Source of the DNA: Candidatus Saccharimonadales bacterium
GTDB taxonomy: Bacteria > Patescibacteriota > Saccharimonadia > Saccharimonadales > JBBQAJ01
Reading direction: 5' to 3'
Assembly: GCA_038316195.1 (NCBI GenBank)
Contig: JBBQAJ010000003.1
Span: 4,056-68,055, forward strand
Length of the DNA stretch: 64,000 nucleotides
Shown: piece after piece, positions 16,873-26,625 of the stretch
Position numbering within the stretch: position 1 is the stretch's first letter
Layout: each line of letters starts with the position of its first letter
Notes under the pieces: model-generated
Databases searched by the model: none
The model's input: the letters and a program-made list of their open reading frames with translations, nothing else
What the model was told of the DNA's origin: nothing
Position numbers and translations under genes: made by a program

Positions 16873-17973
16873 ATGAATAAATTTACACAAATCATCAAAT
16901 CCTTTGCTATAACAGCAGTTATGGCGGGAGTATTCGTAGGGCTTGGCGGACATGCTAGTGCACGAACGCTATACAGTGGTAATGGAAATGCCACATCAAA
17001 AACACCAGTATTCAACGAATTCTATGGTGTACCAAATGGTGTTGGCGACGAAGCTGATTTCGTAAGAGTTAAGCCACAGGCAGGTGGAAACGATGCTTAT
17101 GTCAACAACCTAAACACAACTTGTAACACTGGCGACGAATATACGGTGCGTACATACATCCACAATGGAGCATCCCCAGACTATAACGACAATGGCGCTG
17201 GTAGTGCAGTTGCACACAACGTAGTTGTTGCAATGACTGCTCCACTAGACCAAACAAATTCAAATTTTACATTTTCAAGTAAAGTTACATCCAGTAATTC
17301 AGCAAGCGTTAGTGATAGTGCTAGCTTAGGATGTGGTAGTGACTTCAAACTATCACTTGTACCACAATCAGTGCAGACATATAGCAAGACCCTAGGTTTT
17401 AATACCGAACTTGATTCATCTGTAAATGGTACTTTGAAAATTGGAAGTCGTGCACATGGAAGTGGTGATCAGTGGGCATGTTGGGATGATAGAATCATCG
17501 TTGTCTATACAGTTAAAGTAATAAAGAAACCAGTAGTTGTAGATTCGCTAGGTGAATGCAAATTGATTGATGTCAAAGTGTTCGATAACCGTAAAGTGCG
17601 AGTCAGTATAACTGGCAAAACAACAAACGCCACAATACTTGGATACACTACAGATTTTGGTGATGGTACAAAGAGCGACAATCAAACATCTGAGCACACA
17701 TATGCAAAAGATGGTACTTACAAAATTGTGTCCAAAGTACAGATCAAACTTGCTAATGGCGATGTTAAATGGGTAGATTCTGTAGCATGTACTAGTGAAG
17801 TAACTTTTAAACCAGGCCAACCTCCAGTTGTTGTGCCTCCAGTTGCTCCACCTACACCTACACCTACATCATTACCTAGTACAGGTCCTGGCGACATAAT
17901 TAGTATCTTTGCAGCAACCAGCATAGCTGGCGCAATGATACACAAATTTGTCCTAAGCCGACGTTACAAATAA
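16873..17973 (+). CDS. LPXTG-anchored surface protein with PKD-like module
   Basis: Signal peptide. DFGDGTKSDNQTSEHTYAKDGTYKI (PKD-like). Pro-rich stalk. LPSTG (17872-17886) followed by a hydrophobic helix and an SRRYK tail. Confidence 0.8.
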   Translation: MNKFTQIIKSFAITAVMAGVFVGLGGHASARTLYSGNGNATSKTPVFNEFYGVPNGVGDEADFVRVKPQAGGNDAYVNNLNTTCNTGDEYTVRTYIHNGASPDYNDNGAGSAVAHNVVVAMTAPLDQTNSNFTFSSKVTSSNSASVSDSASLGCGSDFKLSLVPQSVQTYSKTLGFNTELDSSVNGTLKIGSRAHGSGDQWACWDDRIIVVYTVKVIKKPVVVDSLGECKLIDVKVFDNRKVRVSITGKTTNATILGYTTDFGDGTKSDNQTSEHTYAKDGTYKIVSKVQIKLANGDVKWVDSVACTSEVTFKPGQPPVVVPPVAPPTPTPTSLPSTGPGDIISIFAATSIAGAMIHKFVLSRRYK

Positions 17974-18091
17974 AGTAGCGATCAAAATCGGTCGGTAAGC
18001 ACAAGAACTAGACGCTGAACAAGATTTGTGTTAGGATACCTTAAGTAGATATGTGTCGTGACTGACCGCACTCTGTAAAAATATAATGTTT

Positions 18092-18126
18092 GAAATCCCT
18101 TCCCAAAACAGGAGGGGATTTCAATT
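18092..18126 (+). terminator. putative hairpin terminator after the LPXTG gene
   Basis: AAATCCC ... GGGATTT 7-bp stem with an inner TCC/GGA pairing, followed by a T-rich tract. Confidence 0.4.
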
Positions 18127-18163
18127 TTACCCCTGTTATGTTACAATTACCTGGTATTTTTTT

Positions 18164-18238
18164 GGTCCCATCGTCTAATGGTTAGGACACCAGGTTTTCA
18201 TCCTGGCAATAGGAGTTCGATTCTCCTTGGGATCACCA
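18164..18238 (+). tRNA. tRNA-Glu (anticodon UUC), CCA encoded
   Basis: Acceptor GGTCCCA/TGGGATC, D arm GTC...GAC, anticodon arm CCAGG-TTTTCAT-CCTGG, T arm GGAG-TTCGATT-CTCC, then ACCA. Confidence 0.9.
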
Positions 18239-18274
18239 AACATAAGCACTATAACGATCCTCTAAATAATTTTT

Positions 18275-18562
18275 TTATGAATAGAGAAGTATCCCTATAA
18301 CAATAAAAGTCTCAACAATGAAGTAGAACATATGGCAGACTACAAATGGTTTCAAATTGTGCTTTAATCCGTAAGTAATCCACACAATGTCAGCAACTAA
18401 AAAGTAAGACCAGGTAGCTAAAGAAACATGTAGTGCATTTTTGGCTTGAAATATAGCCACAGCCTGAGGCACCATAAAAAGTGGCGTCGTAAGTGAAAAG
18501 AAATAGACCAGTATGTCTGGCTTTTCTCGTTTTTGCTTTATTTTTGGTATTGGACGGTGCAT
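18275..18562 (-). CDS. PQ-loop / SemiSWEET-like 3-TM membrane protein
   Basis: 95 aa, three predicted helices, PQ motif in helix 1 (FMVPQAVAIFQAK), WITYG in helix 2. Confidence 0.5.
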   Translation of the reverse strand: MHRPIPKIKQKREKPDILVYFFSLTTPLFMVPQAVAIFQAKNALHVSLATWSYFLVADIVWITYGLKHNLKPFVVCHMFYFIVETFIVIGILLYS

Positions 18563-18777
18563 TACCTATATCATACCAGGCGTAAGATCTTAAAAGCTTA
18601 TTCCGTCGACTCTACTTGGCAAGGATATCGTTCCATTTCGATTCTTTGTGATTCACCATATGAAAGATACAGATTCACATAAGTACTTAAATTTCGCTTT
18701 TGATGTTTAGGCACTTGTTCTATTTTGTTAAATAATTTGATCCTCTTGCTATACTCAATGAAACGTAAACATTTAGT

Positions 18778-19566
18778 CTAATTTGTATATTTTAACAATG
18801 TAATACTGGCATAATCACTTGGCAACTTCGTGTAGCTAAAATGGTCAGTGAGCTGGGCTACCCATTGGTCTGGATCGCCTTTTGGAATATTTATAACAAT
18901 GTACGGTATTGCTGTGTCTTTCTCTATGCAGTCCACAGAGCTAAGAGGCGCTATGGGTTTGAGTGGTGAATTTTTGCGCAAGAAATCAAGATACATTTCA
19001 CATCTTGTCTTATCGCCAGAGTCGGACACATCACTAACTATGCTGATTTGGCTACAAAGTGGCGAAGCAAACTGGGTTAAATCGTAGCAACTACTAACTG
19101 ATGTTGGATCAGTGAAATTGAGTGTCAGTTGATTTGACTTAATACTGTCTTCATACAACACATAAAAGGAGTGTTGCCCGTTAGAAAAACTGGTCGGGTC
19201 TATAGTGAACGCTTGCTTTAAGACTTCACTTGGCTTGATATCTCCGTAACCAATCCCACATTGCGTCCCATAGCCCTCGCTGTAAATCTGTTTGCCATCC
19301 ATATAGTAGGCAATCTGCTGAGCGCACGTTCCCCAAGGTGCACCGTAAGCGTGAATTGTGTGATTGCGAAGTTCACCGTTAACTACTATAAACTTGTGTT
19401 TACTAATTGTGGAAGCCGGAACGTCTATGTGAACTTCTAGCTTATTGTTTAGTGGATTGACCCAGTGTCCAGGGGCTACCATAAAACCCAAAACAGCTAC
19501 AATAATTACAGCCAGAAAAAGTACCCACCGTTTGTGACCTAGCAGGGATTTCAAGCGAGTTTGCAT
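18778..19566 (-). CDS. N-terminally anchored extracytoplasmic protein, Cys-containing, unknown function
   Basis: Long ORF with a basic N-terminus and a single TM. Confidence 0.6.
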   Translation of the reverse strand: MQTRLKSLLGHKRWVLFLAVIIVAVLGFMVAPGHWVNPLNNKLEVHIDVPASTISKHKFIVVNGELRNHTIHAYGAPWGTCAQQIAYYMDGKQIYSEGYGTQCGIGYGDIKPSEVLKQAFTIDPTSFSNGQHSFYVLYEDSIKSNQLTLNFTDPTSVSSCYDLTQFASPLCSQISIVSDVSDSGDKTRCEMYLDFLRKNSPLKPIAPLSSVDCIEKDTAIPYIVINIPKGDPDQWVAQLTDHFSYTKLPSDYASITLLKYTN

Positions 19567-20134
19567 AAGCGAAGTATATCAGACGGTACAGCTAAATGAT
19601 TGTATCAATATTTCATTCCTACGAACATTTTCTGCAATGTATTGTTTATAATTCGCTTGGCTTTGGGTCCCCAATTCAAGCCCCCTCAAACAGGGCTTTT
19701 TAGCCTGTAAATAAGCGAAAATTGGTTTAATCCAAAATAATTATTAGAAAGTTTATATATTAATCCATATGGGATTAACAAACGATGAAATGTTGTTTGA
19801 GGATCCATTAAGTCACCTCAACATACTCTTGGCTGTTCGACATTATTCGCAGGGATATTCATTGGATTTCGATTCTGTGAAAAACCCAAATTTCAGACGA
19901 TTCCAGTTAAGCGAGACTTTGCGGTTATGCTATTGCCACTTAAATAATGAAGCAGTCGCTGAATCAAAGGCAATTGCCGGAGTATATTATATTAAACTAG
20001 ACATGAGTTTTCTGACAATTTACAAAAAAACTCCCACACTCTTGCTTGGCTTTTGCAAGATTTGGTGTAAGAAAATTGATGAAGAAACTCGTGTGCTTCT
20101 TTAATTTCAAGCTTGTTTATTAGACTTAGTTAAA

Positions 20135-20488
20135 TTAACCGCTGTTTAAATGTCTTAGATCTGGCAGTATTAATAAAAAGAGCAGTCCAATAATGATCAG
20201 AGTAGCTATTAATAAGTAAATAAATAGACTTGAACTAAATCTTTCATGCTTATATTCGTAGTAAATTCCAATAAAAAATAGAACTGATAGAGGGTAGTAT
20301 TTAAACACAATATCCAAGATTAAGGAGCCATTGCACTTGTTGAAGTCAGCAACTGGTTCTCCCACAACACCAGTTCCTGTGGCAATTTTGGCACAACCTA
20401 CATTACCATATTGTCCAGCGAATGCTAGCCCAAACCCAGCAAATAAAAGTATGGTTGCGAGTACTATGTTGATTGTTAGTTTATTCAT
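20135..20488 (-). CDS. small multi-TM membrane protein, unknown function
   Basis: Signal/TM N-terminus and two C-terminal helices. Confidence 0.55.
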   Translation of the reverse strand: MNKLTINIVLATILLFAGFGLAFAGQYGNVGCAKIATGTGVVGEPVADFNKCNGSLILDIVFKYYPLSVLFFIGIYYEYKHERFSSSLFIYLLIATLIIIGLLFLLILPDLRHLNSG

Positions 20489-20508
20489 GGAAAATGAAAA
20501 ATAACTGC

Positions 20509-21372
20509 TTACATTTTTATGGAAGATATGATTGCTTTAATATCTTCCTCATATACGTTAAGACCAAATTTTGTAAGTGATTCTTGCCCTCCGCTTTGGC
20601 TAGATAAATCTATATCCGAATAATCTTGACTTATTGTTATGATATGTACTTTATCGCTATGGGTAAAGCCTGCTATATATACTTTTCCTTCACCGTTTTG
20701 ACTACCAGATTTTCCTCCAACTGCATCACACACAGATATTTTTTGATTTAGATTGCTATTTTGTATGTCAATCACTTTGCTAAATCTCGCACAATCTTTA
20801 AGTAGGTCATAGCCGCTCAAACCATTATTGCCACCTGATATTGAGAGATTCATAGGAAATTTTCCACCCTTGGAAATTTTGGAAACTAGTTGGTTCACTC
20901 CAGACTTCGTAGTTTTTGAAGAGTGCTTACTATAAAATTTAAGACTGTAGTTTTCGCCGTTGTTTTCGTAGTTTAAAGTTTTGAATTCACTTAACGTAAT
21001 AATATTAGTCATCGTCAAAATAGCAAAAATACCACCAAAAGCTAAAAGTAAGAGGGAGCCTTTTATAATAAGCTGTTTAGGATTAAAGTTAAAAAATTTA
21101 TTTTTTGGATCATGTAGACCAAGCTGGCTCGCCGACATACCAACTTGCATTTGACTTTGAGCAGTCGGTTCAGGGTATATATTAGCTGGATTTGAAGTAG
21201 GCTCTTGCTGTTGATTTTGCATGCTAACTAACATTGGTTGTGTAGATAATTGCTGCTCTTGTAGCTCCTGATTAATACTATCAGTGGGCTGTATGACTTT
21301 TCCATTGCCTGGCTTCAAGGGAGGTACACTGGCTTGATTGTCTGGTTGCTGACTTTTATTTTCTGGGTTCAT
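20509..21372 (-). CDS. membrane-anchored protein with Gln/Pro-rich disordered N-terminus, unknown function
   Basis: ATG at 21372 (MNPENKS) preferred. One TM (LLLLAFGGIFAILTM) then a ~160-aa ectodomain. Confidence 0.6.
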   Translation of the reverse strand: MNPENKSQQPDNQASVPPLKPGNGKVIQPTDSINQELQEQQLSTQPMLVSMQNQQQEPTSNPANIYPEPTAQSQMQVGMSASQLGLHDPKNKFFNFNPKQLIIKGSLLLLAFGGIFAILTMTNIITLSEFKTLNYENNGENYSLKFYSKHSSKTTKSGVNQLVSKISKGGKFPMNLSISGGNNGLSGYDLLKDCARFSKVIDIQNSNLNQKISVCDAVGGKSGSQNGEGKVYIAGFTHSDKVHIITISQDYSDIDLSSQSGGQESLTKFGLNVYEEDIKAIISSIKM

Positions 21373-21746
21373 TATTTCTAGTTTAATTATTCGGTAATAA
21401 GTATACATTACTAGTCATGGAAAATTTAATACTTATGCCGGCACAATCAACAGTCGATATCGTATTATGGAGCACTACTTATCTAAATATACTCTACTTG
21501 CATTAGATTAAACTACGAAGTCTAGTCAGTGCGGTGATGCTTTCTTTGGCAGTTGCTCGATGTGCAACGTATTTTATTGAGGAAGTACGACAACGGTTTT
21601 TCGATTGAATTTTTGCCAAACGGCTAAATGACGAACAAAAGAATCTTAAAGTTATTTTAAGCGTAGCTATATTCTTATTAGGATCACCAATCAGCTTATT
21701 TTTAACTTTGATTTACACTCTAATAGTTGCAGGGTAAAATTAGTCA

Positions 21747-22344
21747 ATGCACAATTTCATATTCGCATTTTTAGGTATAGCGAGTGGTACCATAAATATA
21801 ATCGGATTTATACCTTATATTCGTGATATTTTTCGTCATAAAACTAAACCAGAAAGAGCGATGGTGGATATATGTGGTTTTATTCTCATTGCTTTTCGCA
21901 GCACAGGCGAGTGCTGGAGCTAGCTGGTTATTAGTGGTTACTGCGACCTATATTTTAACCGCAGGATTCATAGCCGTTCTGTCATTAAAATATGGCTTCG
22001 GAAGTTTTCATAAAAGAGATACTATTTCAATATTAATAGCAGCATTAGGACTTTTGGTTTGGTTGATAACCTCCAAGCCTCTAACTGCAATAGTAATAGT
22101 TATTATAGTAGACATAGCAGGATTTTGGCTAACACTAGTTAAGACTTGGCATGCTCCATACAGCGAGACGTTAATTTTCTGGCAGGTAACATTTATTGCA
22201 GCAATATTGAGTGTTTTTGCAGCAGGAACTTGGAATTTTACAATAATTATATATCCGATTTACACAGTGCTGGCTACAGCACTTATCTCATGGCAAATAG
22301 CCTTTCGAAGAAAAAGTGTCAAAGAAGATCTATTGGATTTTTAG
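21747..22344 (+). pseudogene. multi-TM membrane protein (PQ-loop-like N-terminus) interrupted by a +1 frameshift near 21858-21862
   Basis: ORF A (21747-21923) gives MHNFIFAFLGIASGTINIIGFIPYIRDIFRHKTKPER.... The hydrophobic continuation WWIYVVLFSLLFAAQ... is in the next frame (track ORF 21823-22344). Confidence 0.5.
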
Positions 22345-22626
22345 CATGTATAAAAGTTTTGATTTAGTTTCAAAAGACGATGAGTTCTGACATCTAAACA
22401 GACATCACATTGCAAGGCATATATCTGAACTATTTCCGATAGTATTGCTTTCCAACTCGATTTTTATTGGTTTCTCACATTGGAGATATCCCTCGCTGAG
22501 AGGTCTTTTTGTTGGGTACGTATCTGTAAGGTTTGCAACTGCTCGTATGATTAAAGCAGGTATCTTTCGGTAGTTGCTTTTTAGTCTACACACATCTATT
22601 ATTTAGTTAAGAATTAGAAAATAAAT

Positions 22627-23580
22627 ATGCCAGACGATATACCACAACAAAGCCCACCAACCGAAGCACCAGTTATTAACAATACTCCTAAGGTCATTCA
22701 AACTTCGGACGTTAATGATGTAAGTACTCTAAGCCCAACACCACAGCCAGTAGTGTCAACGCCTGTTCCTCAATCTACAGCTTTGGTAAACGGGCAACCA
22801 TTCCAACCATCAGCACCAATGTCTAGCAGTCAACTGCAGCAATTATCTGACCATAAACCCTCAAGATGGCGTTACTTCTTTATTATTCTAGGTATATTAC
22901 AAGCTATAGGTGTTGGTATATTCTTCTTTGTCATGACTTGGGCAGCTCAGCAAGCCAAATCTGGCGTCTCGGGAACTGAGTTCATAGGGTTAATCTTATA
23001 CGTAACTTTAGTTCCAGCTGTAGGACTTATTGCATTCATTAATCTGATCGGCCTACCGATATATATGCATAGACATAAACCGCGAGGTAAGAATATGGTG
23101 TTTAGTGTCCTGTCTTTGTCGGTATCGGTCATCCTGGCACTATATGGCGCGTACAGCGTTTATCAGTTAAGAGTTGCCTTGCCTAAGCACGTAAACAATC
23201 TAACTCAGCAAGCACAGCAAAAGACTCAAGCCACCCAACAACAATTTAATTCAGACAACTCAAAGCCCGAGATAACGAAAGTTGAAGCATCGCAGCTATT
23301 ACAATCCTGCCAACTTAAAGGCTTCTACTACACCAAACAAACTGATAAAAGTGACCCGACTAACGGTGGTTGGGGTGAGCTATCTTCGACGGGCGTAGTG
23401 CTTACAAAAGTTGATGGTAAGCCCTACAGGATAAGTATTGCCGATAAGCTCGTGCCTGAATTAGTACCTATAGCACGTGCTGCACAAAAGACTTGCGTCC
23501 AGTTACAATTTTGGCATGATGGAAATTATGAGCAGTACACTAATGGTCATTGGACTTTTAATGGACAAGTCGTAAACTGA
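22627..23580 (+). CDS. membrane protein with Pro/Gln-rich N-terminus, 4 TM helices and a C-terminal globular domain, unknown function
   Basis: Long ORF with clear hydrophobic helices. Confidence 0.6.
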   Translation: MPDDIPQQSPPTEAPVINNTPKVIQTSDVNDVSTLSPTPQPVVSTPVPQSTALVNGQPFQPSAPMSSSQLQQLSDHKPSRWRYFFIILGILQAIGVGIFFFVMTWAAQQAKSGVSGTEFIGLILYVTLVPAVGLIAFINLIGLPIYMHRHKPRGKNMVFSVLSLSVSVILALYGAYSVYQLRVALPKHVNNLTQQAQQKTQATQQQFNSDNSKPEITKVEASQLLQSCQLKGFYYTKQTDKSDPTNGGWGELSSTGVVLTKVDGKPYRISIADKLVPELVPIARAAQKTCVQLQFWHDGNYEQYTNGHWTFNGQVVN

Positions 23581-23584
23581 GCTG

Positions 23585-23800
23585 ATGGTTAAATTTGGGA
23601 TCATGAGCTTTATTTTCGGAGTAATAGGGGTATTTGCTCGTGGTCTTGAGAATTTAGGCAAAGGGGAAGCAAGCTCAAGTTACCTGCCAAGTGCATTGAA
23701 CAACGTCGTTGGAAGCGTATTCTCGATACTAATGTGGGGTGGCGAACTACTAATAGTGATGGGTATAATCTTTAAGCTTACGAACAAGAATGATAAATAA
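23585..23800 (+). CDS. small two-helix membrane protein
   Basis: 71-aa ORF 4 nt after the previous stop. Hydrophobic. Confidence 0.4.
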   Translation: MVKFGIMSFIFGVIGVFARGLENLGKGEASSSYLPSALNNVVGSVFSILMWGGELLIVMGIIFKLTNKNDK

Positions 23801-24003
23801 AATTCGTTGCAATTCAATAACAGGCATACTCTAGGTTATGGTTGCCAGCGTGTAGACGTAGCGCCCACGGTATCCACTTGAGTTTTTCTACCCAGCGCAA
23901 AAGTCCTCATACATAAGTTTTTACTGATCTTCAAGCAGGGTAAGTAAAGGTATATTTTCGCATTCGGGTATTGGTTCTTGGAAAATGAGCTATGTAAGTT
24001 GTC

Positions 24004-24621
24004 TTAGTAGCCAATGCTCTCTTTCAAGATAACAACTGTAGTCCTATCTTTTATGGGTTCTTTGTTTAAAACTAGTAGTTTTGAAAACGAAGTATTTGAA
24101 CCATATGCAGCTAGGGCACGCTTATCTTCTTGTGGGACCACATGTTTCTCGATTCGCGAAATGCCATCTGCCAAGTCTTTTACTATTTTTTGTGCACCAA
24201 CTACAAAGATGACGTGTTCGGAACCAAATGATTCACCAGGTATCTGGCTCCCAGATGCAGAAGCGACCATAAGTTTGCCATCACTTGATAGAGCATGAAC
24301 ACTGCCCAACGTATAAGTAGGCGTAGAAGCAAGTTTTGTCATTTCCTTTTTCTTTTCAGGATCACCCCACATTTCCATCATTTTATTGCGAACAGATATA
24401 TAGTCTCCCGAGTTATTGATAGCTTCGCTAATTCCGGTTTCATCTAGAGTGACAGATGTATTTGTAAATGCATCTGAACCTTTTGGTATTAGGTCTAGCA
24501 CACATTTTTTAGCATCCACTTTATTTTCAACCACTAAAGTTTTAAATCCATTTGCTTCCAATGCTTCTACGGTTTGATTTATAACTTCATCCGTTGCGAC
24601 TGTACTATAGTCCGATTTCAT
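24004..24621 (-). CDS. LUD-domain (LutC/YkgG-like) protein
   Basis: About 205 aa. The layout and the C-terminal VFVVGAQKIV...VVILKE pattern resemble lactate-utilisation LUD domains. Confidence 0.6.
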   Translation of the reverse strand: MKSDYSTVATDEVINQTVEALEANGFKTLVVENKVDAKKCVLDLIPKGSDAFTNTSVTLDETGISEAINNSGDYISVRNKMMEMWGDPEKKKEMTKLASTPTYTLGSVHALSSDGKLMVASASGSQIPGESFGSEHVIFVVGAQKIVKDLADGISRIEKHVVPQEDKRALAAYGSNTSFSKLLVLNKEPIKDRTTVVILKESIGY

Positions 24622-24770
24622 CTGTTACTCCTTTTTTTGATTTAATTTGTTGATACTTTAAAAAAGTAAGTATCAGACATACGCTAAACTATACATATAT
24701 TGCTGGACATTGTAAAGTGATGAACTATAGAGTATAATATAAATTCATATTATGAAAGACGTAATTGATC

Positions 24771-25076
24771 ATGAAAACGGACGATAGCCTTCAACAGGCG
24801 TTGAGTATTGTTGGTGACAAATGGTCTATGCAAATCATTTTACATATTCATGAAAACAAAACTATGCGTTTTGGCGAATGCCAGCAAGCAAACGGTATCA
24901 ATACAAAGACTTTGAGTCAGCGTCTGAATTCGCTGAATGAGGATGGCATAGTGACCAAGACTGAATATAAAGAGTACCCACCTCGAGTAGAATATGAATT
25001 AACTGATCAAGGCAAGCAAATTGTTCCAATTATCCTGCAATTGTCAAAATGGGCTAAAAATATCAGGAAAAAGTGA
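24771..25076 (+). CDS. HxlR-family winged-helix transcriptional regulator
   Basis: VGDKWSMQII...RFGE...GINTKTLSQRLNSLNEDGIV...EYPPRVEYELTDQGK. Confidence 0.8.
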   Translation: MKTDDSLQQALSIVGDKWSMQIILHIHENKTMRFGECQQANGINTKTLSQRLNSLNEDGIVTKTEYKEYPPRVEYELTDQGKQIVPIILQLSKWAKNIRKK

Positions 25077-25162
25077 GTTTTGAAAATCAGAACCACTTTT
25101 TATAAATTAAATTCACTAGAAATATTGCGAAGAATAACCATAACAGGTTAGAATATAAGTAA

Positions 25163-26602
25163 ATGGTGGAAACTACTTTTAAGATACCTAACGTATCTGT
25201 AGCTAATTTTAAACGGACTAAGATTATAGCTACTCTTGGTCCTGCTACTGATAGCTATGATTCGGTGCTACAGCTCATAAAAGCTGGCGCCAATGGCATA
25301 CGACTTAACTTCAGTCATGGAACACAAGAAGATAAAGTCAGACATATAAAATGGATTCGAAAAGCTGCTAAAGAGTATGGAAAGCCAATAGCCATTATTC
25401 AGGATTTGCAGGGACCTAAAATTCGATTGGGTGATTTTGATAGCATTATAAATGTTCAAAAAGGACAAACGCTTAGATTTGGCTACAACGCTGATTTTTC
25501 TCAATCAGGCATACTGCCTACTCAATATGATTTGAGTAAAAAAGTGAAACGTGGCGAGCGACTTTATCTTTATGATGGCCAAGTGAAGACTGTAATTACC
25601 AATGTCAAAGACGGCATTGTTCACGTGACTGCTGAAAACGAGGGTATTCTTATTAAAAGAAAAGGAATAAATCTACCAGATACGGACTTTGACGGTGATG
25701 TTATAACCAAAAAAGATAAAGAGGATTTAGCTTTTGGTTCTGAGCATGACATTGATTACGTAGCTCAAAGCTTTGTTCAGACGGAAATTGACGTACTTGC
25801 CATGCGCAGAATCATGAAAAACCTAGGCATGAATGCAAAAATTATAGTCAAATTTGAAACAAAATCTGCAGTCGAACATATGCAGGAAATAGTAAAAGAA
25901 TCTGACGTTATTATGATCGCAAGAGGAGATTTAGCTGTAGAAACTCCAGCAGAATCAGTTCCGGTTATTCAACGTAAATTGGTTGGACTGGGCATAAAAT
26001 ATTCAAAACCCACTATCGTTGCTACTCAAATGTTATACAGCATGACAGAAGCGTCCGAACCAACTCGTGCTGAAGTATCGGATGTAGCTTCTGCCGTAAT
26101 AATTGGTGCTGATTGCGTAATGCTCAGCGAAGAAACTGCGATTGGCAAATATGCTATTAAATCAGTCGAAACAATGAAAAAAGTCATTTTATATACCCAG
26201 GAAAATTCACCATTAAAGGCGATATATAATGACGACGAAATTACAAAAACAAAACAAGCAGCAATAGCCGAAGCTGTGATAAATTTAGCTAACAATTTAG
26301 AAGCAACAGCTATTGTAGCAGAAACTAAATCGGGCGAAACAGCTCTTCAATTAGTTTCTAGAAGACCAAACCAGCCAATAATTGCCGTAACTTCTGTTGC
26401 TTCTGTTGCTCAACAGTTGTCTATTGTGTATGGAGTAAAAAGTTATGTTCGTCCAGACGACAAAATGGCGGCAACCAAATTAACCAATTGGCTTCAGGAA
26501 AATAAAGTTCTTAAAAAAGGCGACATGATTGTCACGGCATCCGGTCAGTATCCTGGCGTGGTTGGAACTACAGACACTATTAAAGTACGAATGCTAAAAT
26601 AA
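25163..26602 (+). CDS. pyk: pyruvate kinase
   Basis: KIIATLGP, GIRLNFSHG, IVKFETK, MIARGDL, MLSEETA. Confidence 0.9.
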   Translation: MVETTFKIPNVSVANFKRTKIIATLGPATDSYDSVLQLIKAGANGIRLNFSHGTQEDKVRHIKWIRKAAKEYGKPIAIIQDLQGPKIRLGDFDSIINVQKGQTLRFGYNADFSQSGILPTQYDLSKKVKRGERLYLYDGQVKTVITNVKDGIVHVTAENEGILIKRKGINLPDTDFDGDVITKKDKEDLAFGSEHDIDYVAQSFVQTEIDVLAMRRIMKNLGMNAKIIVKFETKSAVEHMQEIVKESDVIMIARGDLAVETPAESVPVIQRKLVGLGIKYSKPTIVATQMLYSMTEASEPTRAEVSDVASAVIIGADCVMLSEETAIGKYAIKSVETMKKVILYTQENSPLKAIYNDDEITKTKQAAIAEAVINLANNLEATAIVAETKSGETALQLVSRRPNQPIIAVTSVASVAQQLSIVYGVKSYVRPDDKMAATKLTNWLQENKVLKKGDMIVTASGQYPGVVGTTDTIKVRMLK

Positions 26603-26625
26603 ATGATAGTAGGAAGTAGGAAAAC

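Noticed and set aside
16160-17015. ORFs 16160-16612(-), 16437-17015(-) and 16519-16785(+) overlapping the Thr/Pro-rich tail
   Set aside because: The repetitive ACN/CCN codons keep alternative frames open. Their products are Arg/Ser/Cys-rich nonsense. The sense frame has an RBS and a coherent signal-plus-tail architecture.
19769-20104. 111-aa ORF in the low-density gap after 19566
   Set aside because: It has no RBS, its composition is unlike neighbouring proteins, and it has no motifs. I cannot support it as a gene. The region may be non-coding or decayed.
22405-22593. 62-aa minus-strand ORF, or a possible ncRNA, in the 280-nt gap 22345-22626
   Set aside because: The ORF has no RBS or motifs. 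I looked for SRP RNA, RNase P and 6S-like signatures by eye and found none. Only a weak CCTC...GAGG hairpin is present.
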